Shown here: piece by piece, positions 26,779 through 40,323 of the stretch
Layout of the letters: every line of letters begins with the position of its first letter
Numbering within the stretch: position 1 is the stretch's first letter
Assembly (NCBI RefSeq): GCF_026571515.1
Contig: NW_026859515.1
Span: 1 to 64,000, forward strand
From: Ruditapes philippinarum
Lineage: Eukaryota
DNA: 64,000 nt
Direction of reading: 5' to 3'
The notes under the pieces: generated by a model
What the model saw: the letters and a program-made list of their open reading frames with translations, nothing else
What the model was told of the DNA's origin: nothing
The model's database searches: none
Made by a program: the position numbers and the translations under genes

Positions 26779-29700
26779 TTTTGTGAAATACACAAATCTA
26801 AATTTCCAAATCTAAATATAAAATTTAGCTTCGCAAATGACACTAGATGATTGTTAATGGCTTATGTTTGATATTTCAACAAACCCCTTCTTTCAAGTGA
26901 ATCCGAAGATAATATGCTGTCGGTATCCGTGTTCAAAGGAATAAATAATAAATCAAAATGTTCATAAAGAATACCCTGCAGATCAATCTTACTGTAGCTT
27001 AGATTTACATGCAAAGAATACCGTAAGTAGATCTAACCTTAAATCACCGTATTTGTCTCGCCTTCATTTCAAGTCATCAGTCAAATCATTCAGAATTATA
27101 TATGAGACTAATGCAAAGCTTTTAAAAACTTATTTACCGCCTCATATTTTTAGATAAGAGCAATGGCTTATCATGCCAGAGAATTGCAAATCACCATAGG
27201 CACAAAATGGTTTTCAATTTATTTGCAATTTTTAAATATTGATTGACTGCGTTCGATATAAATCGGAAACTAGTTCAAATGTTGCTTATATTGAGGTTGA
27301 AGAGGTTAAAAAGATCATTATTGTGACAATATATATACAAATATTTAAATAAACAAATACACTTGTGATGATTTAAACATATTTGATTACATGTGCTTTA
27401 CATAAGTACATGACTGTTGAACAATGATTAAACTTTACTTTGAAATGCAGGAAACATATGATATAGAGACGAATGATGAATGATCAAATGGAATAACCAT
27501 CGCAGGGTGGCGAATATTCGTGTCTTATTAGGAAAAATGCACATCAAAAATGGTTAAAAATAGCACCGATTTAGGCCGATATTGTTTTTGTAAATATCCA
27601 TTTTTCATTTCGAATGGATTTTGTTTTCAAATAAAGTGCAGAAACCCCTATATTTCAGAACAACACTTGCACAGGCTTGTACCGACTTTGTGTGAAGTCT
27701 TAATTTTCTACAATAATGACCCAACTGATTCAGTCGTTGAAATGCTTCGAACAACGTTTATTAATGAATCGCTTGAAGCAGTTTGGGAAAGATAGCGAAA
27801 ATAAGAAGGGAAGAATTATTAAGAAAAGATGTTTAGAAAAATCCAAGTTGAATCAAGCTATACGGTATAATTTTCCCCCTCGTGTGTGTTGGTTGTCCAA
27901 AAGTCCCGATGGTTCGAAACCTTGATTGTTATTAATCTGACAAACGAATATCAAATATGATCGTTTTAAGATTAGGACGGGACTTCATTGGCATTTTTTG
28001 CATAACATGTCCTTTCAAAATATTATAAAACGAAAATTATACTGAGAAAATATGAAAATATGCTCCCAAATTAAAATACCTCGTTAGCTTCATAGAAAAA
28101 CGATTATGCTAATTATTGATAAATTAAACGCTTACAATGCTAAACTAAAGTAAAGAAACAAAACATGAAAAAGTAATCAAGGAAATAGAATAGTATGACA
28201 TAGGAAACATATCCAAAGCTAAACATTTATAGCTAGTCTTTTCTTAGCTTGTCAATTTCTTACCAGTGGTCTTAACATGCTGTATGCCAAAAATTGCACC
28301 ATTTGCTATTTTACATTGTTTGTAATGTAAATCAAAGTGCTGAAAGCACTGGATGCGACAGACATGAAAAGGGAATTGCATAAATGGTGTCATAAAAGGA
28401 TCAAACATCAGTCATGTTGCACCAAGAAAATTTTATATTTACATATTGTGTTTCACGCTTGCTACGGAGTAAAACAGCGGTATTTCAAAGCAGGGTCGTT
28501 CCAAAGAATAGTCTGGAAACGCGCAATGTGAAACCCTTTAAGCTACAAACAGGTTCTTTCAAATAGAAAGACCCTTTTTAAAGTAAATATAACTATTAAA
28601 TTTTTCTCTAAAAATGCCAGGATAACGAGGATAAAAAGCTGGTAACTGAATCAATTTTGAATAATTTTTAAACACCCATACTGACTGAAAATACCTTATA
28701 TATGAATTGAATTGGTCATTTTCTAGTTGTCTTTGTGATTTTTTTGTCATTTTAAAAATTCCCGCGTTTTGTGAGAAACATAAAAATAAGATTGTCAGTG
28801 AGCTTTTTTTAATGATTGTTTTTCAAGATTTAGAACCGTAGCAGAATTCATTCTGTCCAGATTTATTGATTCTTTTCATTAAGCAACATAAAAAACTTTC
28901 AAAGAACCAGTGAAGGATATAAGATTATAAACATTCCTGACCATATTGCACTGATTTCTATTACTTAATATTTGCAACAGACGATAATAAGATAATTTTG
29001 ATTCTTATAATTATGAAAATAAACCTTTTTCTAGTAACTTATTTTATAAATAAATCTATTTGTATATATAAGCGCCTCTTGGCCGTAACATATTTATCAA
29101 CAGCATGCATATGTTGTATATACAAGCGACACTTGACCGTAATATCATTTATCACCAGGGTGCATATTTAAGAGTCTGATTACGTCACTTTTGTTAGATG
29201 TCAAAATATTTATGATCCGATCATCCTAGGGATTTTATTGACTGATTTGATACTCCAGATTTACTACCAACTGGCAGTTTAAGTACATGTTGTTAAAAAT
29301 GCAAAATTATAATTCAGTTAATAACGAATTTCACAACTTGTTTTTTTAGTGAGATTTTTTTAAATATTTGATAAGCAGAACATGAATTACATAAAAATAT
29401 CAAGTTAAAGATATCACTTTATCAGCTTTCATAAAATATGTAGCGCATTCAATTGGCGTGATACCGACACAAAAATATTACAAGTACATTCAAAAGAATT
29501 GTTACTTTAATGTTTGAAATTACACAGATTTATGTTATTGTTTTTTATCAAAATAATATTTATTCAACAAGCATCTTGCTATTAATATTACGCAGACGTT
29601 TTACAAAACTTCGGAATACTTACATTTTTGAAACTAAAAGTAGGTCTTGGGTACTGTGTATTGCCAATGTATAGATTTTTTTACAGATTGTCTTGATAAA

Positions 29701-32700
29701 AATCGAAAAATATCTTGATATATTTTATCTACTCCACAGCATTGCATACATCATCTTTTGTTTAAAAACCATTTTTTGTCTCACAAATAATTTCTATTTT
29801 TTTACAGATTTATTGAATGAAAATTCATATATGCAGTTGAGATTATATGAAAGTGTTCGGTACTGATTGTTTATCTTAAATTGGCATGCCTTCCTTAAGT
29901 GGTTAAGGAATAGATCTAAATATACTAAAGTTTGATGTCGACGGTTAGCGCGAGATAAACTATTTGCAAAGATTATAGGAAATATTTACATGTAAAATAT
30001 GATAGACAAGCTCAACAAGGAAAGACGGCGTTCAATGGACGCAAATTTGAACTTTTTTTAAAAAAATTATATGCTGTTAAGAAAAAGTATACGTTATTTA
30101 TACAACTCAAAAAAAGAGAATGCGGATGTTTGAAACAGTTTTTCTAATAAGTTCAGTTACAAACGCTAAACCTGTTAAGTAAGGAAAGGAAAATTGCAAG
30201 CAACGTTCATAAATTGTTATTGCTAATTGTCAGTGTATGGATATCAACTTGTTATATTTGTAATTTCGTAAAGAATTAATGGCAACACAAGCAGAGCACG
30301 TGCGAAACATGAGCACATTTCTCTTAGCTCAGGAGAGCGACAAATGTTGTATAAGTATAAAACTTTCTCGGCGTATGGCAAGAAATGTCGGGAAATCCTG
30401 CATTTAAACACGAAGTAAAAAAGATGGCAAGTAAAAAACCAACAGGGTGATGTAAAATTTATAGAAAAAATGAGCAAGGGTTTGGTGCAGAGAATGAGGG
30501 GATCCTTGACACATTTTGTTGGCACAGTAAAACTTACACAATCTGGTCCAATCACGGGAGCGCAACTAACATTTGTCCGATAAAATAATAGAATGGAAAC
30601 ATATGAACTGATGACGTTTTCTTGACAGACAAGCAGTCAATAAAAGATCAATTTTAAGGATATACAACAAGTAATAAAAATGCATGTTTTATTACCTGCT
30701 ATTTAATTTACCAATCTCACTATAAACAAATGAACATCTGTATTTTAGACAAGAAATCAAACTTTTAATGTTGTGAAAACAAATATTATCAGTAAGCCTT
30801 GCCAACTTGGTTGGAATGTTCCTCAGATTGTAAATGACTTACGATATTGCAGATATTGCATTATTTTCTTAGAACGTATTGTCTAGTTCAATGTTACATC
30901 TCCATGAAATATGTTTTGTTTACTTATGAATGCTTTTTTGTATTTCGTACACATTTCTACCAGCTACCAGAATATATCTGATTTGATTGAAGACGTCTAA
31001 CATTAGGTATCACTGACTGTAACAAACTTGTTACAAAATATGTTTTACATTTAAACTAGTGAAAGATCTTTTCAATAATTTATTTGAAAAATATATAGTC
31101 TATCACTTAGGCAGCAAATACAATTTTTAACATTAAGAAATCGAAGAATACCACACAATACCTTAATAAAACTTCAAGTAGCATTTTTAAAAATTATAAA
31201 TTAACTTTCTCACACAATCGTTAAATTTCATGAACAGACTATTTGTGGTTATTGATGTGCAATACCGACACGAACGTTTGGTATCAAGTCACATGAAACA
31301 GGCTTGAAATAACAGCTTGATATGCATAGAACACCATTATCAAGAAATAACAAACCATATGACTATTTCTTTTCTTTATTCCACAACAACTATGAAGGAA
31401 AAGCAACAGTGACGCATTTTAGTAATGAAAAACGTATCGATGAAGATACCAAACAGGTTCATATTATACATTTGAATGTTATTATAGAGTATTATTGGTT
31501 TTGCATGACTAAATATAATTAACTATCTTATAAATAGGAAATTATTCTCTACAATTGTAGGATTTAAAGATAATATATATACCCACATTAATTGCAAAAA
31601 CAACATTATTAAGACTAACAAGTGAATTTAGCTATACCCAAACCCCACTATATATGCTCTATTATATTCCTAAATTTTTCAAGGCAGTTGAATTCATAGT
31701 GATCATCCGACCATGACCGTCGCATAACCGCTACGAGTGAAAATTAGTGCTCTGTATTTCTGAAAACTTTGATTCGTTGAGAATAGAAGAGGAGATAAGA
31801 GATTTATTTTTTTGAAAATCATGTGCAATTGCGCTTGAATTACGGTATTAGAAATGTAGCGGATATAATTTGAAATGTCGAGTAATTCTATAAATGGAGA
31901 TAGTAATTGATTCATAGTAATTCGATGAATTGAGATAAGCGATTGACGGCTCGCAACATTTAACTTACTCATCTGTACCTTATCATCACATTTTTTGTAT
32001 GATATTCCAGAAATTTTTGAAAAAGACAATTTTTATCGAAAATATTTTATAGTTTATAATTGCAAAGTGAATATTGAAATAGAAATAGCCAGAGATGTAG
32101 ATAATCTTTGTCTCTCTGTACTGTAATGTACAGTAATTAGATGAATCCGACATCTTCTGGTTTACTTTATGACCTACTTGACAAGCATATCAGCCTGTTT
32201 AGCCCATAAGGTAAGTTTTAAAGCAAAATATGTTATGAATATGATGAATAATAATAATAAGTTTATTTATGGATGTCAATTTGTTCCCGAGGACTAAAAC
32301 TTTCGTTAATAATTGCAAATTAATTTGGGAGATCTCGAGTCGTTCGTCCCCAAGCCATTTCGACCCTACTGTAGCCTAGTCTCAATTTTTAGACTGCATA
32401 ACCGACATATTTTACAATTTGATATTACACAGATGTTTGCCTTTACAGGGAAAACCAGCATATACGCCTACAATTTGTTGGTCTATTCACGTCTCTACAA
32501 AATGGGGCACATTTTTAAATATTTCAGAATAATTTTATTTTATCTTTCATGTTTATACATTAAGTTATTCAATGAATAAAGGGATTCTATGAAAGATTAG
32601 AAGAAAAGAATGATTTAACCCTCAATATGAGCAATAGGGCTGTTAAGTTTAGCCTCTGCAAATACTGCAGGTCTTGTGTAATTGAGAAATTAGAGGTAGA

Positions 32701-33339
32701 AGCACTGTCCTATTATTTCTGACTAAACTCTTATTGATTGCCTATTGATTCTTCATGCCCACAAATGACAAACAAGCATCATTGTCATTTTTTTATTTTA
32801 CCCTCACCACCCACCTAGTGATTTCCCCTTTTTTAAAGGCTGTTTAACCTAGCCCAAAATAGATATATTTTCCCTTAAAATGCTAATTTTTCCCCTAAAA
32901 CCCCTGTGTCGGTGGCACGAAATACCCAAATATACACAAATACACCCAAATATACCCAAATATATCAATTTTCATATTTGTTTGTATAAAATACAAATTA
33001 TAATGAGAAAATGAATTTATATTTAAAAAATAGTATGACTAAGCCGACTATAACTTTCATTCATTCCGTTGAAATGGGCAGTTCAGATGCTGTAAGAAAA
33101 TAAACTTGCGATATTGGCTTATCTATGTTCATTAATGAACGGCCCTTGATGAATATATTTTTGCAATATAAGATAAAGATATGACAATATTTGTTGTCTA
33201 CATTAAAATTTTAGTGTATAATTTCATTCAACTTTCATACAAATGACCATCGTATTATTTAAAAAAATAATAATACATGTATATCTTTAAAGGAGTATAC
33301 TGTTGATTCTATTTGGGTATATTTTGGTTTAAAACATAA

Positions 33340-34010
33340 TGGTAGGAAAATATATATTTGGGTTTATTACCCTTCCAGATTTTTTCCGCCTTTTTGATTT
33401 GACATTGATCACCCGAAAGAAATTGATATAACCGAGCCAGACGAGTAATATACACACTAAATTTCCCAGTTGGGTACCCAACGTTGTAAACGACATGCGC
33501 TGAGGTGATGCGCGTACGGTTCGATTTTAAGCGGTGTAAATTTCGATTTACAAGCACTTTTTAACTGTCAAATGATAAATAATTACCAAAGTAGAGTAAT
33601 AATAAAAATTCCCATCAGTATTAAAAACAAATATTACCTTGTGAAAGCTTAATATTAATTACAAAAAAGTGCTTTCAATAGACTACTCCTTTTCTCTTGT
33701 TCACATTCGTTAGGTACGGGGAAAATACGTCATGTATTTATGTGACGTCATGTTGTGATGAAGAGGTACCCTAAAGGGAATCTTATCTCAACGTTTCATT
33801 TGAAACAGCAATGCTTTTTTAAAAAATCGTCTAAACTCGGCAGGGGAAGGGTAATAAAATTATTTTTTTGGTTTTGGAGTGATATATGTGGATATATTAC
33901 CTGCCAAGATAAAATGTCACCCTTGCCTAACGGCTCGGGTGATACAAAATTTTGCCATGTAATATATCCACATATATCACTCCAAAACCAAAATAACATA
34001 TACTGCTTGA
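33340..34010. mobile_element. Non-autonomous element with a subterminal inverted repeat and a long terminal palindrome
   Basis: TTTATTACCCTTCC (33364) / GGAAGGGTAATAAA (33845); perfect 35-bp arms at 33866-33900 and 33959-33993. Confidence 0.6.
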
Positions 34011-36639
34011 TCAATCGTAGTGAAAGTGTATTTACCCAAATACACCCAAAATATTGCCCAAATATACTAAAAATGAATGTTTATACTAAAAAGGTGCTGT
34101 TTTAATTTTGAATAACAATATACAGCATGTAATAATAAATATCATAATAAAATGATCAGAACATTTTCTACTTTAGCGGTAATAATGTGGAGTAATATGA
34201 AGAAATATTATTATCATAAATTTTCACTCATTACATGTTGTATAGTGTACACGTATATATATACATTGCATATATAGATAGATAAACATTATTCATACAA
34301 AGGTACATCAGTACACAGTAATAATACAATCAGCAGTTACATAACATCAATGGCATGATATAGCATGGTAAACATACAATAGGTCTATTAAAAAGTCAAT
34401 ACTTATTCATCATGCCATATCTAGTCTATTATATATGTTATACATATAAAATGTTTATGATAACATCAATGACATGATATAAGCATGATATATAATTATG
34501 AAATAGTTATATTACAAAGTCGATACTTATTCATCATAACTTATCTAATATATAATATATATGACACAGTGAGAGGACAAGGTTAACGTTGATACAATGC
34601 ACTGTCTCTTTTATGAAAACTTTTGCAAACAAATATTGCTAAATTTTTAACAATCCAAATATTTTCAGAATCAAATAGTTCTCTAAATTTAATTATTTTA
34701 GGTCTCTTCCAAAATACACACACATATATATATATATACACACACTAAGAGAGTATTATTAGATAACTTTGAAGATGAAACCTCTAAATTGATATTTTCA
34801 GGGAAATAAAAGGTCATTACTCCAATATTCACTTGGAAAGGCTGGTACATGTAGCTAGAAAATGGTATAAGATTAAAGAAAGACAAGAAGATTATCACAA
34901 ACAACAGGTACTTGTATAATATTTGATGTATATTTCACAAATCAAACTGTATTCCAAAAAATATTCATGAAAACATATACCTTTTTACCAGTGTTACCAC
35001 GGGCCAGATTACCAGACCCATTTCCAGTGGCAAATAATGCCAAATGTGCTTATTTTTTCCAAGTTTAGAAAAAAAAAATCATAATCTAGTCAAATTCCCG
35101 TTATCAAAGCTGACAATTTTTCTTCTTTCCATTTCAATCCAATATGGTACCAGACAGATGATGTTAAAAAAACCATTTCATTGTCAATTTTTATGTACTT
35201 TTTATGCTTTGCATGATATACAATTTGATGGATTAACTTTGTACATGGTTCTGAATATTTTTCCCAATCAAGATGCAAAATTCCCTAACCTGTGCTAGGA
35301 ATTTTTCCCAATATGTCTAGGAAAAGGCTATAAACTGAAAATGTTTAGTTTGCATTCCTAATCTACATACTGGAATAGTCCAAGACTTGTTCATACATAG
35401 TGCCGCCTAAAATAAAAGAGTGTCAGTGCATGCTCACAGTTTATTATAGTGTTAGTTTAGAACATACTTTAAAATTTCTGTCAATTGCAATAAAATACTG
35501 CCTATGACAGTCTTTTTCCTTTGCTGAAAATGATCACTTACATAAATTATCATAGTATAGTTTTTTAAGGTCGTACAAATCAAATATACAGGGCATTACA
35601 AGGAACTTCAAAATTTACAATACAGTTTTGTTGCCTTGAACAAGACCTCAATATGTATGCAAAATTTACAATACAGTTCATCCTTATGAACATTGTTTAA
35701 AGTTTCAAGATTGAAACAAATGAAAATATTCAATAGCAAAGCACAGCTGTGAAGTGATTGTTTCCCCACCAAATGATTTAAATATGTATTAAAATGTTTC
35801 CTTACCCTTTGATTGGCCTTTTTTCTGCTTAGTGTGTCTAATTGCTAAATTGACAGGCTGTTTTTAAAGTTTGAAGGGATTATCTTTGAAACATTCATTT
35901 TGGTTATTAAACTTACCATAGTTTACATTTAGTTGGAGCCAATAAATGATTATACCTTTAAATTGTATGCAGTCTAAACAAAAATAATTGTATACTGTCT
36001 GAACAAATGGAACAGAAAAAATATCACAAAATGGAATTTAGTATAACTATGAGTATTTATTTAAGAAATTGTATTTCAAATATATTAAAATAGTGTTATT
36101 GAAAGTCATTTTGTATGACAGACACACAAAGGTGGAAATGTTTCACTGTCAAGCAAATGAAGATTAGCATCACAGTCTGTGGGAATCTCCAGTTTCCAGA
36201 TGTAGTGATCATAATTGCATAGGCACCATGAACACTTGGAACTAGTTGGACTATTTTAGAGGGGTAGTCTGAGTTAGCACTTCAGTTGAATCCCATGTCA
36301 ATTGTAAAGGGCCAGTCATGAACATTGTGTTGAAGGACAATGTTAAATCTAGTTGTTTTGGCTTCAAACAAAACCATGACACTTACCCAGCAGTGATAAA
36401 TTAAATCAATTGTGATATTTTGACCGATTTCCCCAAAAGTTTCCATGTATTGAAGCTCCTGGGATTTGTGTAACATATGACTGCACATTCCAAAATTTAT
36501 TAAAATATTGTGTAATGTTTAGCAATGTTGTGTAAATACATTCAGAGCTAGCATACCTCATAAGTTATAACATGTATCTTAGCTTGCCTGGTTTAATGAA
36601 AAGTAATAAACCTGAGAATTGAAACTAGAATAAATTGTT

Positions 36640-37150
36640 GTTATTAGTCCCCTTCTGTTTTCAGCAAGAGGGAACTAAAGGCTGACCCCTTTCTGTATGT
36701 CAATGAAATCTGAATTCTGATATTACTCAAAAGGTACAAAAGCAAAGTCCAGAGAAATACTGGAAAAAAATGATGGAATTTGATCAAAATTTTACAAAGC
36801 GAAAACATTCAAGTGAAAGGAAGTGTATTTTCAAAGAACCATAATTTTTCCTAGGATAATTTTACAATTATCATCTCTTATTATACATCAATATTAAAAA
36901 TATTGGTTGTCTGGAGTAAATCTTTTCAATTATATCTCACCCAAGTAGAGACTAGTGAGCAAAAGTGCTGTGTCAAATAACCAAAATTCTACATTACTTA
37001 GTTTTTGAATTATCTCCATTTTTATATTATTTCATGATACTTGTTCAGAGAAAGGATTAAAATATTAAAGGAATTTGATCGAAACTTCATACAGTGAAAG
37101 AGATTAGCATGAGAAGTGCAGTAAACACTTTAAAGCTATCATAAGTTCTA
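36640..37150. mobile_element. Degraded Helentron-associated (HINE/CvA-like) element
   Basis: TTATTAGTCCCC...GGGAACT hairpin end like that at 58946; internal repeated core GAATTTGATC(A/G)AAA. Confidence 0.4.
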
Positions 37151-38077
37151 ATGACATGGCCACATTCATATAATGTGATGCAAATATATTGACTATTTGA
37201 CTGTTTTCTTGATACTGATACAGAAAATTTAATATATTTATATCACAATTGATCAATTTTTCATAGCTTTGTCTCCCTTTATTATGTCATGTATTAAAAT
37301 AGTCGAGCTTACAGTTTCGAGCTCTTATTTCACTAGTTGCTCTCGTCAAAAAGGGCCAATAACGGTTTGTGATGGACCTTCACGCACATGTAACGTAAAT
37401 ATTATATTTGAACATGTGTGTCATAGAATAATTGTATCAACTACTGTTCATTTACTGAATTGTGCACTTTATATTTATCAACCGGCAACACCCTTCACTC
37501 GTTGAATTATCTGCACCCGAAATAGTAAAAAATGATTATTTTGATCCTTCAAGTACGTCCCAACTGCAGTGCATTCAGCACTTTGATTGTATTTGAAGTG
37601 ATAAAGTTCTTTTAAAATATAAACAAATTAAAGTGTGAAATAAAAAAGGTTATCAATATTTCTGAGTAGATTACAGAGTCTATTGGACTCGTCCTCCGGT
37701 TCAAAACCTATATTAGTCCCGGCTAGCGCAACGTCCAATATAGGAACTCGTACAATAGAATACAGTATTGTACTCAACAATGTATTATAACATCAAAATA
37801 TAGCATCTTGTTTTTACTTGGAACATTGTTTAAGGTTTTTTTCCTCTATAAGAAGGTAAAAATGTGTTTTATAATATCTTGATTATGGATTTACAACAGA
37901 TTGGAAAGTAGTTATCGCATGAAGAAGCGTAAAATATAAAATAAATAGTTTGTCATTAAAGTAGCAAAATATAAACAAAATGCTTAATCACTGTTTGTAT
38001 CCATAAAGCTAAATAAAAGGTTGGAAACCGAAAGAGTGATGTTTTGCACAGTAAGTTTTCAACTTCATTTAAAATAT

Positions 38078-38301
38078 TTAAGGAGTATTAACATAGACCT
38101 CACATAACACCATACTTGATTTAGATTCGTGCTTGATTTTTAGAAACTTTCCGAAGATTGTATTTGTACACTCGATTGTTATGCTAAAGGGCGTCTTGTT
38201 GATAGCAGGACCAAAGTATGATCCACATTTTGTTCCCACATCATTTATGACATCATCACGACTGCCAGCAACGGTCACTGTGTAATTTGTCACGGTGTTA
38301 T
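38078..38301 (-). CDS. PAN/F-type lectin copy C, exon 3
   Basis: TTTCAG| acceptor, 224 nt: YNTVTNYTVTV...LCEVYVNTP*. Confidence 0.82.
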
Positions 38302-38916
38302 CTGAAACATTCATATTTTAAAATAAATCGTTGTTTAATTTAAATTAATGTTGTTTTTTTTAAAAATCAGACACTCTTCTTTATGAATTTTACTTTTTAG
38401 TTGATTCTAAAGTCATGTTATCAGATAATTAAATTGAACATCGGGTTTGATGTTATCTCTCAAAATTATGACAATAATTTTAATTCTTGCTTATGACTTT
38501 CTTTTTTTTTGGTTAAGCTTGTAAATGTGCTTGTCAAATTAACATTTGAATATTTTAGACATATGAATCTACATTTTGGAACAGGCTAGGATAAAATCAG
38601 TGAACTTTATCGCGGAGTTTAAAGTTGAAACTTGCTTCATGTGCTTTTTAGATACTTCAATATATTCTTTTAATGCATTGTGTTCAATATACTTTCTCAT
38701 CATACAAGAAATTATTGTAATTCGTATAAACTTTTAATGTCATAAAATCATATTATAAAATTATCAAAGTGCCAAAAAAAATCCATTGTCTATTATGAAA
38801 GAAAAAACAAACCAAAAAAGAAACAAAAAACAAACAAAAAACAAAAGAACAAAAAAAAAATGGAATCAATTCATCTTTGACTCGTTTCTAAACAAAAATG
38901 AATATCGATATCTTAC

Positions 38917-39129
38917 AACAGCAGTCTCTTCGTGAATTTATTTGTACTGATTTTACAGGACCCGGAGTTCCAAACTCAACAGCCCAGTATGAGTAACTAG
39001 ATTTAGTGTGGGCACAGTTGTGTATCGATTGGACATTTCCGTCTAAAGCCTTTTCTGCGATCAGATGAACACCAACATCGACAAATGTAGAGGACTGCCA
39101 TGCTTCAGCTCCTTGTAAAAGATTTATTC
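38917..39129 (-). CDS. PAN/F-type lectin copy C, exon 2
   Basis: CACAG|...|GTAAGA, 213 nt: GINLLQGAEAWQSST...ALDG...CAHT...RRDCC. Confidence 0.82.
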
Positions 39130-39809
39130 CTGTGAATACAACAATATATTTTGTCGATGATTTGTGCATTCACAAAGGCGGGCACGTACCAAGGGGAAGA
39201 GAGAAGAAAGATGCTTATTCTTTAATAGAATAAATTTATATTTATAGGCGGTGCTGGGCCGTATTATCATACACCAACAGGGAGTTATGGAAACAGTTAT
39301 AACATCATATAAGATTACGTCACTTATCATAAATGATCTAAACACGAGAAATGCCAATTTTTGAGGAGTTTTTTTTTTCGACATAAAAGTTCACGAACTG
39401 ACTATATACTGTTAATGATATAGAATGTCAGATAAATAAACATTTGTTCAGTTATAACGAAAGTTCTAAGTACGTTTCTCGAATTCTTCCCATTGTTGGT
39501 TTGAGTGATATTTTGCATTATTTTCTTTAATTTTCTCTTTTTTAAAGTGAATGTTTTAAAAGCAATATATAAACAGCATTAAACTATTAAATCGAAAATA
39601 CAAACCGTATCACTATTTTATTATACTTTTAAAAACTATGCAGTGACGTTTAATTTTATCCCGTTATCCAAAACTTACGAATTCCTTGTTTTTCGACAGA
39701 AATAGTAGTGTAAAATTTTAACCATTATTAGTTGAAATAAAACATTTTCAGTATCCTTTGAATTTGTGTATATGTTGCATTTAATAGCATTCGATTATCA
39801 AACGCTTCA

Positions 39810-39960
39810 NNNNNNNNNNNNNNNNNNNNNNNNNNNNNNNNNNNNNNNNNNNNNNNNNNNNNNNNNNNNNNNNNNNNNNNNNNNNNNNNNNNNNNNNNNN
39901 NNNNNNNNNNNNNNNNNNNNNNNNNNNNNNNNNNNNNNNNNNNNNNNNNNNNNNNNNNNN
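39810..39960. other. Assembly gap (N run) in intron 1 of copy C
   Basis: 151 N characters. Confidence 0.99.
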
Positions 39961-40018
39961 ATGATGTCCCCTGAAACACAAACACATTTTTGACCTAATG
40001 CGAAAGTCAATCTCTTAC

Positions 40019-40323
40019 CAAAGTTTCTCCGAAAGAAAATTTTCCATCCGTTGTTAGGTAATCCTGACGTTGTATTATCTAACGGATAAGGATAATAATC
40101 TGTGAGCTCACACTGTTTATTTACTTCATGAAAATTTACAGACAGACATCCGAACATACTATCACAAAGAGCAACACATTTGTTGATGGAACTATCATTA
40201 AAGCTAGATAGGGGATTCCCATTACTTTCATTGCTGGCATTCATTTCATAAACAAAGGATTGTTAATCCAGCAATAATTTGAAAAATGTTGAAATACAGA
40301 AAAAAATGTTTAAGTATCTTCAT
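40019..40323 (-). pseudogene. PAN/F-type lectin copy C, exon 1, with a 2-nt deletion just after the signal peptide (possibly a consensus error)
   Basis: 305 nt = 301 + 6 (YYPYPL duplication) - 2 (plus strand GGATTGTT versus GGATTTTGTT at ~40260); donor GTAAGA intact. Confidence 0.72.

Larger units (their letters stand above)
31520..37570. mobile_element. ~6-kb cluster of nested repeat/TE fragments unique to the B-C spacer
   Basis: Flanks align to a short contiguous stretch in the other units (~45020-45230). Interior has a CCCTG-type end with ACCCAAATA repeats (~32900), a palindromic element and a Helentron-type relic. Confidence 0.5.

Noticed and set aside
3130-26800. Units A and B as falsely duplicated alleles
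   Set aside because: Not favoured: they have different upstream types, private insertions and seamless junctions without gaps. Read depth is needed to exclude it fully.
33755-34105. Overlapping ORFs on both strands sharing FWFWSDICGYIT
   Set aside because: Consequence of the DNA palindrome.
39728-39993. ORFs containing X runs
   Set aside because: Artefacts of the N gap.
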